Assembly: GCA_964588685.1 (NCBI GenBank)
Contig: CAZPQG010000001.1
Location: 6,202 to 70,201, forward strand
Direction of reading: 5' to 3'
DNA length: 64,000 bases
DNA from: an uncultured Pseudomonadales bacterium
GTDB lineage: Bacteria; Patescibacteriota; Microgenomatia; UBA1400; PJMF01
Part shown: positions 48,056 through 57,561 of the stretch, in pieces
How positions within the stretch are numbered: position 1 is the stretch's first letter
How the letters are laid out: the number at the start of each line of letters is the position of its first letter
Notes under the pieces: model-generated
What the model was told of the DNA's origin: nothing
Seen by the model: only the letters and a program-made list of their open reading frames with translations
The model's database searches: none
Position numbers and translations under genes: made by a program

Positions 48056-49711
48056 TTAATCCAAAAAAACCGGTATCACCATTGGTTCTCTTTCAATTCG
48101 TCTGTAAAGACCTTTTTGTAGGTTTTTTTCTATTTTCTTTTTTAATTGATAATCTTTTAAGTTTTTATTTTTTTGAATAACCTCAGCTGTATTTTCTTTA
48201 ATAAACTCGATCACTTCTTCAGCTTGCTTCATAAAAACAAAACCTCTTGAGATAACTTGAATGCGATTTAATTGATAGCGACCTTTTATTCTTGGAACAA
48301 CTACCACCACTATTCCTGCTTCACTCAAAGCCATTCGATCTGACAACACAATTGGACCCACATCTCCAACACCCAAACCGTCAACGATTCTAGGATTCAA
48401 GCTAAACTGCTGCTCAATTTTCCAATTCTGTTGATCTACTGCCACTACTTCTCCTGAACCAGGAATTAAAACTTGCTCGTCAGTATAACCTAGCTTATGA
48501 GCAACTCTAGTACGGAACAATTCTCTATGCCGATCATCCCCGCCGATTGGCATCACAAATTTTGGCTGCGCTAAAGATACCATTTCTTGTTGTTCGGCTG
48601 CACTGGCATGACCGGTTTGATGAATATTAGGTGACAAAGTAGGATAAACCACCGGAATACGATTTCGACACAATTCGTTGATTGCCCTGTAGTAAGGAAC
48701 TTCATTGCCGGGAATAGCATCAGCAGAAAAAATTACTTTATCTTTCTCACTAATTTGGATGATTCTATGTTCTCCAAACACTGCTCTTACTAAAGAAGAA
48801 CCCTCTTGGCCTTGACTGCCGGCAATAATGACTGTTAATTCATGATCTTTGAAATTAGAAATTTTTCTTTTATTAACTAATGATTTTTGAGGGATATCAA
48901 GTTTACCCAAACGCCGTGCTATTCTTACGTTTTGCTCTACACTTCGGCCAACAAAAACCACTTTTCTGTTATTTTTAATAGACAAATCTACCACCTGTTG
49001 AATACGATGCAAATGCGAACTCATTAAAGTTACTATAAATTTTCCTTTAACCTGATGGATTTCTTTTTCAATAGCGGGGCCGGTAGTTGATTCTGACTGG
49101 CTCCATTCTGCTCTTTCCACGCGCAAACAATCCAACAGCATCAATAAAATGCCTTTTTGACCGGCTTTTTGAACCATCTCTAAATCTGATAAAACTCCGT
49201 CAATTGGATTTTTGTCCAGTTTAAAGTCGGAGCCGTGGTAAATTAGCCCGACCGGAGTATCAATTAGCAAATGCTTGGCATCGGGTACAGAGTGAGTCAC
49301 CGAAATAGGAGTGATTGAAAAATGAGTCCCGATTTTTACAGAGCTGCGATTTTGAAAAATCTTAATTTTTTTATTAATTTTACCGTCTTTTAGTCTTTGC
49401 TGAGCAAAGCCGGCTGTTAAGGGTGAGCCATAAATTGGAAAATCAGGCAGTTCAGGCAATAAATAAGGTAAAGCAGCCACGTGATCATCATGAGCATGGC
49501 TTAAAGCCATACCGACAATTTTCTTACCTTTTTGCAATTGCTGCAATAAATAAGAAATGTCGGGAATAATAATATCAGCTCCGGGCATATACTGATCAGG
49601 GAATCCAATTCCACAATCAACGATCATAATTTCTTGATCGTATTGATAAAGAAACATGTTTTGCGTAACTTCGCCCATCCCGCCTAATGGCATAATCTTT
49701 AATTTTTTCAT
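48056..49711 (-). CDS. rnj: ribonuclease J (metallo-beta-lactamase/beta-CASP)
   Basis: HAHDDHVAALPYLL (HxHxDH) motif; beta-CASP and C-terminal domain; 551 aa. Confidence 0.85.
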   Translation of the reverse strand: MKKLKIMPLGGMGEVTQNMFLYQYDQEIMIVDCGIGFPDQYMPGADIIIPDISYLLQQLQKGKKIVGMALSHAHDDHVAALPYLLPELPDFPIYGSPLTAGFAQQRLKDGKINKKIKIFQNRSSVKIGTHFSITPISVTHSVPDAKHLLIDTPVGLIYHGSDFKLDKNPIDGVLSDLEMVQKAGQKGILLMLLDCLRVERAEWSQSESTTGPAIEKEIHQVKGKFIVTLMSSHLHRIQQVVDLSIKNNRKVVFVGRSVEQNVRIARRLGKLDIPQKSLVNKRKISNFKDHELTVIIAGSQGQEGSSLVRAVFGEHRIIQISEKDKVIFSADAIPGNEVPYYRAINELCRNRIPVVYPTLSPNIHQTGHASAAEQQEMVSLAQPKFVMPIGGDDRHRELFRTRVAHKLGYTDEQVLIPGSGEVVAVDQQNWKIEQQFSLNPRIVDGLGVGDVGPIVLSDRMALSEAGIVVVVVPRIKGRYQLNRIQVISRGFVFMKQAEEVIEFIKENTAEVIQKNKNLKDYQLKKKIEKNLQKGLYRRIEREPMVIPVFLD

Positions 49712-49924
49712 AAATTTTCTTACTTATATTTAATAATTCAAATTTTAAACATTAATTGTATTATAATTCAATTTTTCAACTTAATTAAAAACCCTGTCTA
49801 AACTTTAACCTAATTTTACCTAATTACTGAAAATTTAACTACTGAATTGATGATACTGGATTGATGAAATACCAATTGTTCAAATACCAATTGCTGATTT
49901 TTTGCAAACAGATAAATTAGATCT

Positions 49925-51793
49925 TTAATGTATCTCTGAACGGCGGTCTCTTAAAAAAGAACGCCAATCTTCTATTACTCCCACAATCATACTAAAAGGG
50001 GCATCGACCAAAGCAGTCAAAAATACACTAACTATATTATACTCCTTCCATTTAGTAGATAGCCATTGCCCAACTTTAGCTAAGGGCAAATAGAAAAAAT
50101 CTATCATCATTGTTAAGAGGCCGGCATCTTCTCTGATGGTTAGCTCTTGTGCTCTACGCCTAATAATTGTAGCTGCAAACAAGACCAAAGCCACAGAAAT
50201 AGTATCAATATATATTGACGTCCAAGGAACACCCGCCAATCTAAAAATTGTATAAACAGCATAAGCACCTAGTAAACCGCCTATTAAACTAATAAAACTG
50301 AAAATAGTATTAACTACACCATTTCTTTTCGAGCCTAAATTAATTTCATACTCATCTTTTTCTTGACTGTGATAAAAAATTTTGTAAATTTCTTGCTTGA
50401 CTCTTTGTAGATTCTCTTTTTTAGGCGGTTTAATGGTAATTACTAAAAAAAACATTAAAAAAGAGGGCACTGCCAAATCTACAAAAATAGCAAACCAACT
50501 GAAACCATCGCCTAATAATGCCGCAACAGGCACTTCAAAAATGAATAAACTGGTTATGCCTGCTACAAAAATTGAAAGGGTTGAATAAATTGCTGAGCGA
50601 TAAGTTCTACTTTTAAGAGTGGCTAAACGGCGATTGTAAACGGCGCTCATTAAATCTGATAATTTCTTTTTATTTGTTAGTTTGGCTTCAATTTCTTCCG
50701 GTTCATCTTCGATATCCTTAATCACATCTCCAATAATTAAGTAAGCAGCATCCATTTTTTCACAAATTTTAAAAAACTCTTTGCTAAATTTATATTCTAA
50801 CTCAGCATTGATTTGCTGTTTAACCTGCTCAATATTACGAGAAAACTCGTCAATAAATTTTGGATCATTTTCAAACCACTGTGGATAATGGTATTTTATT
50901 AAATTAAAACTAATAATTGGTGCATCTAAAGCAAAAAGTGCCCGCTGCACTGCAATATAAGTCTGAATTAAAATCTGTTCATCAGACATTTTGCCTGCTG
51001 GCTTCACCTTTAAGCTGCTGTGAATTGAAGAGGTCATAAAATTTATCAAGGCATTTTCCTTAAAAGCAGGCTCTAAAATTTCCTCTATTTCGCAGGCGGC
51101 AATTTCTAAAATCCAATTATAAAAATTAATTTTCTTTTTGAAGTTGAGTTTATTTTTTTTCTTTTGTTTTTTATCCAAATCAGCTGATGATGTTCCTGCC
51201 GATTCTTGGCCTTTGGCATAAGATGAATTGTTAAGAATATAAATATATTTTGACAAACTTTGTTTAGCCAGAGGGATTTTATTTTTAGAAATAGGGCGGT
51301 TGGAAAAGTAGCCACTTCTTACCATTTCTAGAACAAGCGGCTCAGTAACCTTGTCTGCATCTAAAGACTTCTGGCCCAAACCAGAAAATTCAGATAAAAG
51401 AGCTCGTTTAAGAATTCTTTCAATAGCAGTTCTTCTAATTAAATTTTCTTCTTTCCAATCAACTATTCTTCTTATTTTTTCATAGATAGTCGCCAGTTTT
51501 GAGGCCAGTTCGTCAGTTTCAATTGGAGAAACTACCGGTTTTTGTTGATAAGCAATGCCCCAAGCATATTCAGTTAAAAAATTTTTTGTTAAATTATTCA
51601 GCTCATTTTGATCTTGCAGGCCGGCTGAATTTAAAATTAAGGGTTGGGGAATAGAATTAGCTGAAGTCGTTTCTGTTTTTTTGTAATTTAGCTGCGTGTT
51701 TTGATTATTATTATGTTGCCTCTCTTCACTATTATTATCCAGACCATTAAAAATATCGCCTTGTGGTAAATCAAGTATTTTACTTTGATTCAT
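49925..51793 (-). CDS. hypothetical polytopic membrane protein (large cytoplasmic N-terminal domain, ~6 C-terminal TM helices)
   Basis: No recognisable catalytic motifs; TM helices in the last ~200 aa; immediately downstream of the Lon-like ATPase gene. Confidence 0.4.
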   Translation of the reverse strand: MNQSKILDLPQGDIFNGLDNNSEERQHNNNQNTQLNYKKTETTSANSIPQPLILNSAGLQDQNELNNLTKNFLTEYAWGIAYQQKPVVSPIETDELASKLATIYEKIRRIVDWKEENLIRRTAIERILKRALLSEFSGLGQKSLDADKVTEPLVLEMVRSGYFSNRPISKNKIPLAKQSLSKYIYILNNSSYAKGQESAGTSSADLDKKQKKKNKLNFKKKINFYNWILEIAACEIEEILEPAFKENALINFMTSSIHSSLKVKPAGKMSDEQILIQTYIAVQRALFALDAPIISFNLIKYHYPQWFENDPKFIDEFSRNIEQVKQQINAELEYKFSKEFFKICEKMDAAYLIIGDVIKDIEDEPEEIEAKLTNKKKLSDLMSAVYNRRLATLKSRTYRSAIYSTLSIFVAGITSLFIFEVPVAALLGDGFSWFAIFVDLAVPSFLMFFLVITIKPPKKENLQRVKQEIYKIFYHSQEKDEYEINLGSKRNGVVNTIFSFISLIGGLLGAYAVYTIFRLAGVPWTSIYIDTISVALVLFAATIIRRRAQELTIREDAGLLTMMIDFFYLPLAKVGQWLSTKWKEYNIVSVFLTALVDAPFSMIVGVIEDWRSFLRDRRSEIH

Positions 51794-51930
51794 AAGAACC
51801 TATTATATATTATCTAGAAAATATACTTATGAGAAAAGATAAAAGATTCTTTCTATAACAGAAGCTAAAAAATTAAGAAGAAATTAAAAAATAGCAAGCA
51901 CTACTAAAATTAAAAATTATTTTTAAACAA

Positions 51931-53127
51931 TCAATACTGCGGCAAAAATATTTTGCGATTATCTTGATTAATAATGATTTTATCAAAATCTCTTTCAACA
52001 ATAATCCTAGCCGCCTTGCGGACAGCTCCTTGCAAAGTTCTTTGCAGAGTTCTAATGCCGGCATCATAACCCAACGGCCTAATCACTTCAGGCCAAACTT
52101 CTTCTTTAATAATAAATTGCTCTGGCTTAAGTCCAGCTTGTTTAATAAGTTCAGGCAAAACATATTTTTTAGCAATGACTAATTTTTCATGATCACTATA
52201 TAAAGGCATATCAATTCGTTCAACACGATCTAAAACAGCAGTCGGCAGTCTGGCAGTATTATTAGCAGTAGCAAGAAAAATTGCTTTGCTTAAATCAAAA
52301 GGGTAATCAATATAATTATCAGTAAAAGCATGATTTTGGGCAGGATCCAGCAGCTCAATTAAAACTCCCATAATGCTTTGGTTGGCTTCATCAGCAGCTC
52401 GATCGATCTCATCCAGAAGAATCACAGGGTTTTTTACTTTTGACCTACATAATCCTTTAATGACTCTGCCCGGCTCACTGCCTAAAAGAAGTCTAGAATT
52501 GCCACGTAAATCTTTGGCAGCAGCCATGCCGCCAAAAGGAATTCTCACCATTGGTCTTTCTAAAGCTTCAGCTAAAGCATAGCCAAAAGTAGTTTTACCG
52601 GTCCCAACTAAGCCCACTAATAATAAAATTGGCGCGCTGAATTCTTCTTCAGCAAAATTTTGCTTTCTTAAGTTCATGACTGAAATATATTCTAAAAAAC
52701 GGTCTTTAACCTCTTGCAAACCATAATGGTGTTTATTAAAAATCTCTTTTGCTTCCTGTACATCCAACCTGTCTTGAACTTCTTTTTCCCAAGGCAAACG
52801 CAGCACCCAATCAATATATTTGCTTACTGTTTCGTATTTAATGTCATAATTACCCAATTCTACACTTCGTTTTAAAGAAACAATATCTTTTTTAACTTTT
52901 TCTCTTAATTCTTCAGGCATTTTTGCAGAAACTGCTTTTTTTTCTAATTCTTGAATTTCATCTTGAAGAATTTGCCGGTAGTTGTTGCTAAAACCATCAG
53001 AGTTAGAGGGCTTGGAGTCTAAATTAGAAGCAGCCGCAGAACCGGTCTGAGCTTTTACATCAGCACTAGCATTAGCATTTGCGTCAGCATTGGCGCCGGA
53101 ATTTAATTTTTGCTGTATAGATTTCAT
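51931..53127 (-). CDS. Lon-like AAA+ ATPase lacking both the N-terminal LAN domain and the S16 protease domain
   Basis: Strong match to the Lon ATPase module (YIDWVLRLPWEKEVQ…HHYGLQEVKDRFLEYISV…PILLLVGLVGTGKTTFGYALAEAL…GMAAAKDLRGNSRLLLGSEPGRVIKGL…NPVILLDEIDRA…LDRVERIDMPLYSDHEKLVIAKKYVLP). Ends at the AAA/protease boundary. Low-complexity A/N/S-rich N-terminus. 4-nt ATGA overlap with the upstream pfkB-like gene. Confidence 0.75.
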   Translation of the reverse strand: MKSIQQKLNSGANADANANASADVKAQTGSAAASNLDSKPSNSDGFSNNYRQILQDEIQELEKKAVSAKMPEELREKVKKDIVSLKRSVELGNYDIKYETVSKYIDWVLRLPWEKEVQDRLDVQEAKEIFNKHHYGLQEVKDRFLEYISVMNLRKQNFAEEEFSAPILLLVGLVGTGKTTFGYALAEALERPMVRIPFGGMAAAKDLRGNSRLLLGSEPGRVIKGLCRSKVKNPVILLDEIDRAADEANQSIMGVLIELLDPAQNHAFTDNYIDYPFDLSKAIFLATANNTARLPTAVLDRVERIDMPLYSDHEKLVIAKKYVLPELIKQAGLKPEQFIIKEEVWPEVIRPLGYDAGIRTLQRTLQGAVRKAARIIVERDFDKIIINQDNRKIFLPQY

Positions 53128-54044
53128 ATTATTTCTTTTTTGGTCAGCAAACCTGCTTTAGCTCCAAAATATTTGATGACTGAAGCTGCATTTTTTGCAC
53201 CCATAACAGCAGCCTGTTTAATAGATTTATTGTCGATGATGCCAGCTGTAAAACCGGTAGCAAAAGAGTCGCCGGCGCCGGTGGCATCAACTACTTCTTT
53301 ACCTAAAGCCGGATAGTGCAAGGCATGTTGGCCACGATGATAAACATCACCCCCTTTTTTACCAGCTGTTACCACTACATATTGAAAATTATTCAGAACA
53401 TCACTCTGCACATCAGCAATAATGTCCCATTCTTCTTGATTAACAAAAAAAATATGACACGGAATTTCTTCAAGTAAAAGCTGACGATTAGCTAACAAAA
53501 ACAATTCTTTTTTGCCCGGATTCCAAGAAAGATTATCCCGTTTATTTCTGGCTGTATATTTAAAAATTTTATGTAAAGTGTTTTTTTTACCGCCAATGCT
53601 GCAAAGATGAACCCACTGAGCCTGAGAAAGCCAGTAGGCAGGAATATCAAAAGGATCAAGCATACCTGACGCTCCCCGATGCACTAACACTGACCGTTCT
53701 CCTTGCGAACAAACCAAAATTACCGACCCGCCCGTCTGTTCTTTTTTTTCTTCAATAATTAAATTAGTAGCCACCCCATTCTCTTTTAAATCTTGAGCTA
53801 TTAAATAAGAAAACTTATCACGACCAGTTTCGCAAATTGCAGCTGTCTGAAAACCGAGTCTGGAAAAACCAACGGCAGTATTAGTGCCGCCGCCGCCGGT
53901 AAACACATTGAAACTATCAACCTCTAACTTGCTGCCATAAGTTTGACACAGCATTAAGCCAGATTTACCTTGCTTAACTTGAAATTTATGAGTATGAATA
54001 AATATATCCACTACTGCTGAACCAACAGTGATAACTTGGTGCAT
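53124..54044 (-). CDS. PfkB-family carbohydrate/nucleoside kinase (ribokinase-like)
   Basis: N-terminal VGSAVVDIF and GGGGTNTA; C-terminal DATGAGDSFATGF anion-hole motif. Confidence 0.8.
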   Translation of the reverse strand: MHQVITVGSAVVDIFIHTHKFQVKQGKSGLMLCQTYGSKLEVDSFNVFTGGGGTNTAVGFSRLGFQTAAICETGRDKFSYLIAQDLKENGVATNLIIEEKKEQTGGSVILVCSQGERSVLVHRGASGMLDPFDIPAYWLSQAQWVHLCSIGGKKNTLHKIFKYTARNKRDNLSWNPGKKELFLLANRQLLLEEIPCHIFFVNQEEWDIIADVQSDVLNNFQYVVVTAGKKGGDVYHRGQHALHYPALGKEVVDATGAGDSFATGFTAGIIDNKSIKQAAVMGAKNAASVIKYFGAKAGLLTKKEII

Positions 54045-54240
54045 AATAAAGACAGTTCGTTAATAATCAATCACCCGTTAATAAATTGCGGTCGAGTGAT
54101 AATTTTTTTAAATAATTATTTACTATAACTCTATTAAATCACGAAACAGGCAATGACTAAACCGTAACTTAAAGATTAAAACTACATCAAAAAAATAAAT
54201 CTGCGTACTTAATAAAATGTTGAGGACCCTCAATGTTTAA

Positions 54241-54270
54241 TTCATTAGCCATAGACTATAGATCTATGAA
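54241..54270. promoter_or_regulatory. dyad-symmetric element ttcattagccatagactatagatctatgaa (contains perfect palindrome ATAGATCTAT) in the pfkB upstream region
   Basis: Read directly; ~200 nt upstream of the pfkB-like start in a 325-bp intergenic spacer. Confidence 0.35.
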
Positions 54271-54369
54271 TTAAAAATTAAAAAACAAGGAGAAACAAGA
54301 AAAAAGCAAGGAAAGAATCCAAACATTATCAATATTAAACTGCAAGTATTGGCTTAACTAAGTAGTAAA

Positions 54370-54975
54370 TTAAGCTCTAGCTGCAATCTCTTCTTCAAAG
54401 TTTGAAATCGCCTGTATTAGTTCAGCTTGATTTGTCACTATTTTATAGATCTTTTTCTCTTTATCTTCAATGAAAAAATTTCTGTTAATAACATCCATCA
54501 CTTCATGCCAAAAATCACCGTATAAAATTACAGGCTTATGGTCGCCAAAATATAAATGTGCCATCAACCAAGCGGTAGTCCATTCGCTTAAAGTTCCAGT
54601 CCCGCCTTTAAAACAAATAAATAAATCTGAATAATAAATTAAGCCAAACATGCGCTCAATATAGTTGGCAGTTTCAATTTCAGTTTGCACTTCGTTGCCA
54701 ACATCTCTGCCTTCAAACTCTGTCATATCTTCTGGATAAAAAGTAACAGCCACGCTTTTGCCAACCACTGATTGAGCGCCTTTAGTGGCAGCTTGCATCA
54801 CCCCTGGTCCACCGCCATTGACAATTGTCTTGCCTTGTTGAGCTACCTGTTGAGCAATATCAAATACTTCTTGGTAAAGGGGGTGATCCGGTTCGACATC
54901 AGCGCTGCCAAAAAAAGCAACTTTTTTAATTTCTTTAGCAGTAAATTTTTCCGGTATTTGAATATCTGTTTTCAT
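54370..54975 (-). CDS. LOG family protein (TIGR00730; nucleotide 5'-monophosphate N-glycosidase / cytokinin riboside 5'-monophosphate phosphoribohydrolase family)
   Basis: GGGPGVMQAATKGA and ...FKGGTGTLSEW motifs. First ATG at 54973-54975 (MKTDIQ); the track's 54990 start is TTG. Confidence 0.7.
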   Translation of the reverse strand: MKTDIQIPEKFTAKEIKKVAFFGSADVEPDHPLYQEVFDIAQQVAQQGKTIVNGGGPGVMQAATKGAQSVVGKSVAVTFYPEDMTEFEGRDVGNEVQTEIETANYIERMFGLIYYSDLFICFKGGTGTLSEWTTAWLMAHLYFGDHKPVILYGDFWHEVMDVINRNFFIEDKEKKIYKIVTNQAELIQAISNFEEEIAARA

Positions 54976-55086
54976 AAAATGTAAAAACAATAGTAATTAT
55001 TATGTGGCTATCACTTTAAAATTTAACTTAATATAAATACTTCACGCCAACTTGCTTTGATTTAACTCTATTTGTCTTTGTCTATT

Positions 55087-55764
55087 CTAAATATTTGCGA
55101 TTTTTTTTGCAATTTTTTTAGGTTCCTTAGCAGTCCACAACGAGCTGCCAATGGCAGCTGAATCCGCGCCGGCTTCTTTTATTTTTTTCAAATTATGCAG
55201 CTTAACTCCACCATCTACGATAATTTCAAAATTTAAACTTTTCTTGTTAGCATAATTTTTAAGATCTTTTATTTTTTGATAGACAATCTCCTTCAGTTGT
55301 TGTCCTTGAAAACCAGCTTCAATGCCCATCAACTGAATATAATCTAATTGAGGATAAATTTTTTCATTAATAGCCGGCAAAGGCGTAAAAATATCTAAAG
55401 ATAAACCTTTTTTAAAATTATTTTGCTCTAACTCCTCTAAATACTGGTCTTGATAGCTCATGCGTTCCACCTGTGCTATAACAGCGCGGACCGGCACCGA
55501 TTTTTTACGAGCTGAAGCTTTGCTATTAATTAATAATTCATGCACAAAATCTAGTGGTTCTTCTGTCATCAAATGCAAATCAGCTTTTAAGCGGCCCAGC
55601 TCTAAATTGAACAAGTCACTGGGCAGAATGCTTAAATTATCAGCAAACAAGCCATCTAAAATATCAATTTGCACTACTGTAACCTGAGGAATTGACTGAG
55701 CAATTTTTACTTGATGAGCAATAGTTTCTAAAGAATCAGAAAGAATGGCGGGGTAAAACTTCAT
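55087..55764 (-). CDS. rpe: ribulose-phosphate 3-epimerase-like protein
   Basis: MKFYPAILSDSLETIAHQV...VQIDILDGLFADNLS... TIM-barrel Rpe pattern; C-terminal GGVKLHNLKKIKEAGADSAAIGSSL. Confidence 0.7.
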   Translation of the reverse strand: MKFYPAILSDSLETIAHQVKIAQSIPQVTVVQIDILDGLFADNLSILPSDLFNLELGRLKADLHLMTEEPLDFVHELLINSKASARKKSVPVRAVIAQVERMSYQDQYLEELEQNNFKKGLSLDIFTPLPAINEKIYPQLDYIQLMGIEAGFQGQQLKEIVYQKIKDLKNYANKKSLNFEIIVDGGVKLHNLKKIKEAGADSAAIGSSLWTAKEPKKIAKKIANI

Positions 55765-55817
55765 ATGTAAAATAATGATTAATATATCACTGTTAAATAA
55801 AACAAAGGCTTAAATTG

Positions 55818-56267
55818 CTAATTTTGAGCTTCAAATGCTTTTATCTGATTAATACGTCTTAGATGTCTTGCTTCATTAGCAAATTCCGTCTCTAAAAAAG
55901 TTTTGATTATTTCTTTAATTTCATCTACTTCCAGCCAGTCAGCAGAAAGAGCCGCAATATTGGCATTGTTATGCTGTCTAGCGTGCTGAGCGCTATTGGC
56001 ATTAAAAAGTTCCACTGCTCTGATCCCTGCCACTTTATTAGCTGCAATAGTCATGCCGGCGCCGGAACGACAGAACAAAACACCGAATACTTCTTTATTC
56101 TTCACTACTTTTTTAGCAGCAGCAAATGCAAACTGAGGATAATCGTCTTGAGGATCTAATTGCTTTGCTCCTACATCAACCACTTTATAATCTAGTGTTT
56201 GCAGCCATTTTTTAATTTGTTCTTTTAATTTAAAACCGCCATGATCAGCACCGATAATAATTTTCAT
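55818..56267 (-). CDS. rpiB: ribose-5-phosphate isomerase B
   Basis: MKIIIGADHGGFKLKEQIKKWL...GVLFCRSGAGMTIAANKVAGIRA. Confidence 0.85.
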   Translation of the reverse strand: MKIIIGADHGGFKLKEQIKKWLQTLDYKVVDVGAKQLDPQDDYPQFAFAAAKKVVKNKEVFGVLFCRSGAGMTIAANKVAGIRAVELFNANSAQHARQHNNANIAALSADWLEVDEIKEIIKTFLETEFANEARHLRRINQIKAFEAQN

Positions 56268-56394
56268 AAAAAATAAAATTAATTAATAGAGTAATTTAAA
56301 CTATTCAGCCTATTGTTATTTAAAAAAAAATTAACCCAAACAGAAATCTAAGAAAACCTTAATTTATTCACATTAATTCTAACAAATTTACTAT

Positions 56395-56423
56395 AAAACC
56401 CGCATCCAAATGATGCGGGTTTT
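56395..56423. terminator. bidirectional intrinsic terminator
   Basis: Perfect 12-bp stem aaaacccgcatc/gatgcgggtttt with loop caaat; T-run on either strand; 34 nt downstream of the 67-aa gene stop. Confidence 0.75.
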
Positions 56424-56456
56424 AGGTAAAACTTAATTACAGTTTTATTATTAATC

Positions 56457-56660
56457 TTATTTTATCTTTTTCAACACAGGCATACCAGTTCTTTCAGTTT
56501 CTACCACTTCATACCCAGCCGGTACAGCTTCAATTGCTCCGTCTCGAACGTCACGAGCAAAGAAATAAATAGTTTGCACACGACCATTTTTCAGGGTTAC
56601 ATCTTTCTTATGAAGATAGTAGGTCTGCCCCTTTGAATTTGTGTAACTATAAGCATTCAT
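56457..56660 (-). CDS. hypothetical small protein (67 aa)
   Basis: ORF with its own strong terminator; no family recognised. Confidence 0.4.
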   Translation of the reverse strand: MNAYSYTNSKGQTYYLHKKDVTLKNGRVQTIYFFARDVRDGAIEAVPAGYEVVETERTGMPVLKKIK

Positions 56661-56785
56661 AAATGCTCCTTTTCTTCCCTTAATAGGGTTAGTTAATAAT
56701 TTGTTAATACCATCTAAGAATATCTTCCTAGCCTGGTTATAACTTAAGTTTATCAGAGCCAGATACAGGCCTCAAGTACCAAAAT

Positions 56786-57328
56786 TTATTCCAAGTCTTC
56801 TTCTGCCTCCAGCTCTTTTTCAAGATCATCATTTTCAATCACTCCTCTTAGCAGTTCGCGCTCTATTTCTTCCACTTCTGGATCGGACTGCCTGGAAACA
56901 ACAATTTCCAATGGTAGTTGATCTTGAGAAACTGAGGCGCTGCCGGTATACCCACCCTTGCTATATTCTAAAGTAAACGCTTTTTGAAACGCTTCTTGCT
57001 CGTCTGTACTAACCCAGGTTTGATACAAAGCTGCTTCCTCTTTTGGTAAATCGGCTGCAACACTAAACAGCAGGCGGTCATCTGTGAGACGATATCTAAC
57101 TTGTCCTGAAGCCGGTTCTTCCTCTTCAGGCTCTAAAGTAACCGTAGTGGCATCAGGAGTGCCGATAACAATTTCATCTTCTTCAGTCAGGTCTTCGATG
57201 TCAACTCCGTCAGTATCTAAATCATTATCACGTTGAATCCTTAAATTGTACCAACGGAAAGCCAAGAATAAAACTAAAAACAAGGAGATAGCAGGGATAA
57301 TAAAAGGGTAGTATTTTTTTAAATTCAT
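56786..57328 (-). CDS. hypothetical membrane-anchored acidic protein
   Basis: N-terminal TM helix (YYPFIIPAISLFLVLFLAF) then a D/E-rich domain. Confidence 0.4.
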   Translation of the reverse strand: MNLKKYYPFIIPAISLFLVLFLAFRWYNLRIQRDNDLDTDGVDIEDLTEEDEIVIGTPDATTVTLEPEEEEPASGQVRYRLTDDRLLFSVAADLPKEEAALYQTWVSTDEQEAFQKAFTLEYSKGGYTGSASVSQDQLPLEIVVSRQSDPEVEEIERELLRGVIENDDLEKELEAEEDLE

Positions 57329-57561
57329 TATTGCCTTTCAAACAATTAATATGATTAAAGTGCTAGATTATAAATAATAATCTATTGTTATTCTGTTATA
57401 TTTTGATATTATTTTCTCTAATTTAAGAGAGTTGTCAATTAGTAATTATTAGTTAATGATAGTTATAACTGAAATTATATTTTTTTTCAACCTAAAAAAT
57501 CAAAAGAGGCAGCATTGCTTACAAAGAAGCGTCATTATTATTTAAAGCTTGATCTTAAAGC

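Noticed and set aside
49925-51793. 622-aa membrane protein as a split-off Lon S16 protease domain
   Set aside because: Only a weak KGQESAG resemblance to the Lon catalytic Ser context, and no GGLKEK-type Lys motif. The architecture (cytoplasmic domain plus 6 TM helices) does not match S16.
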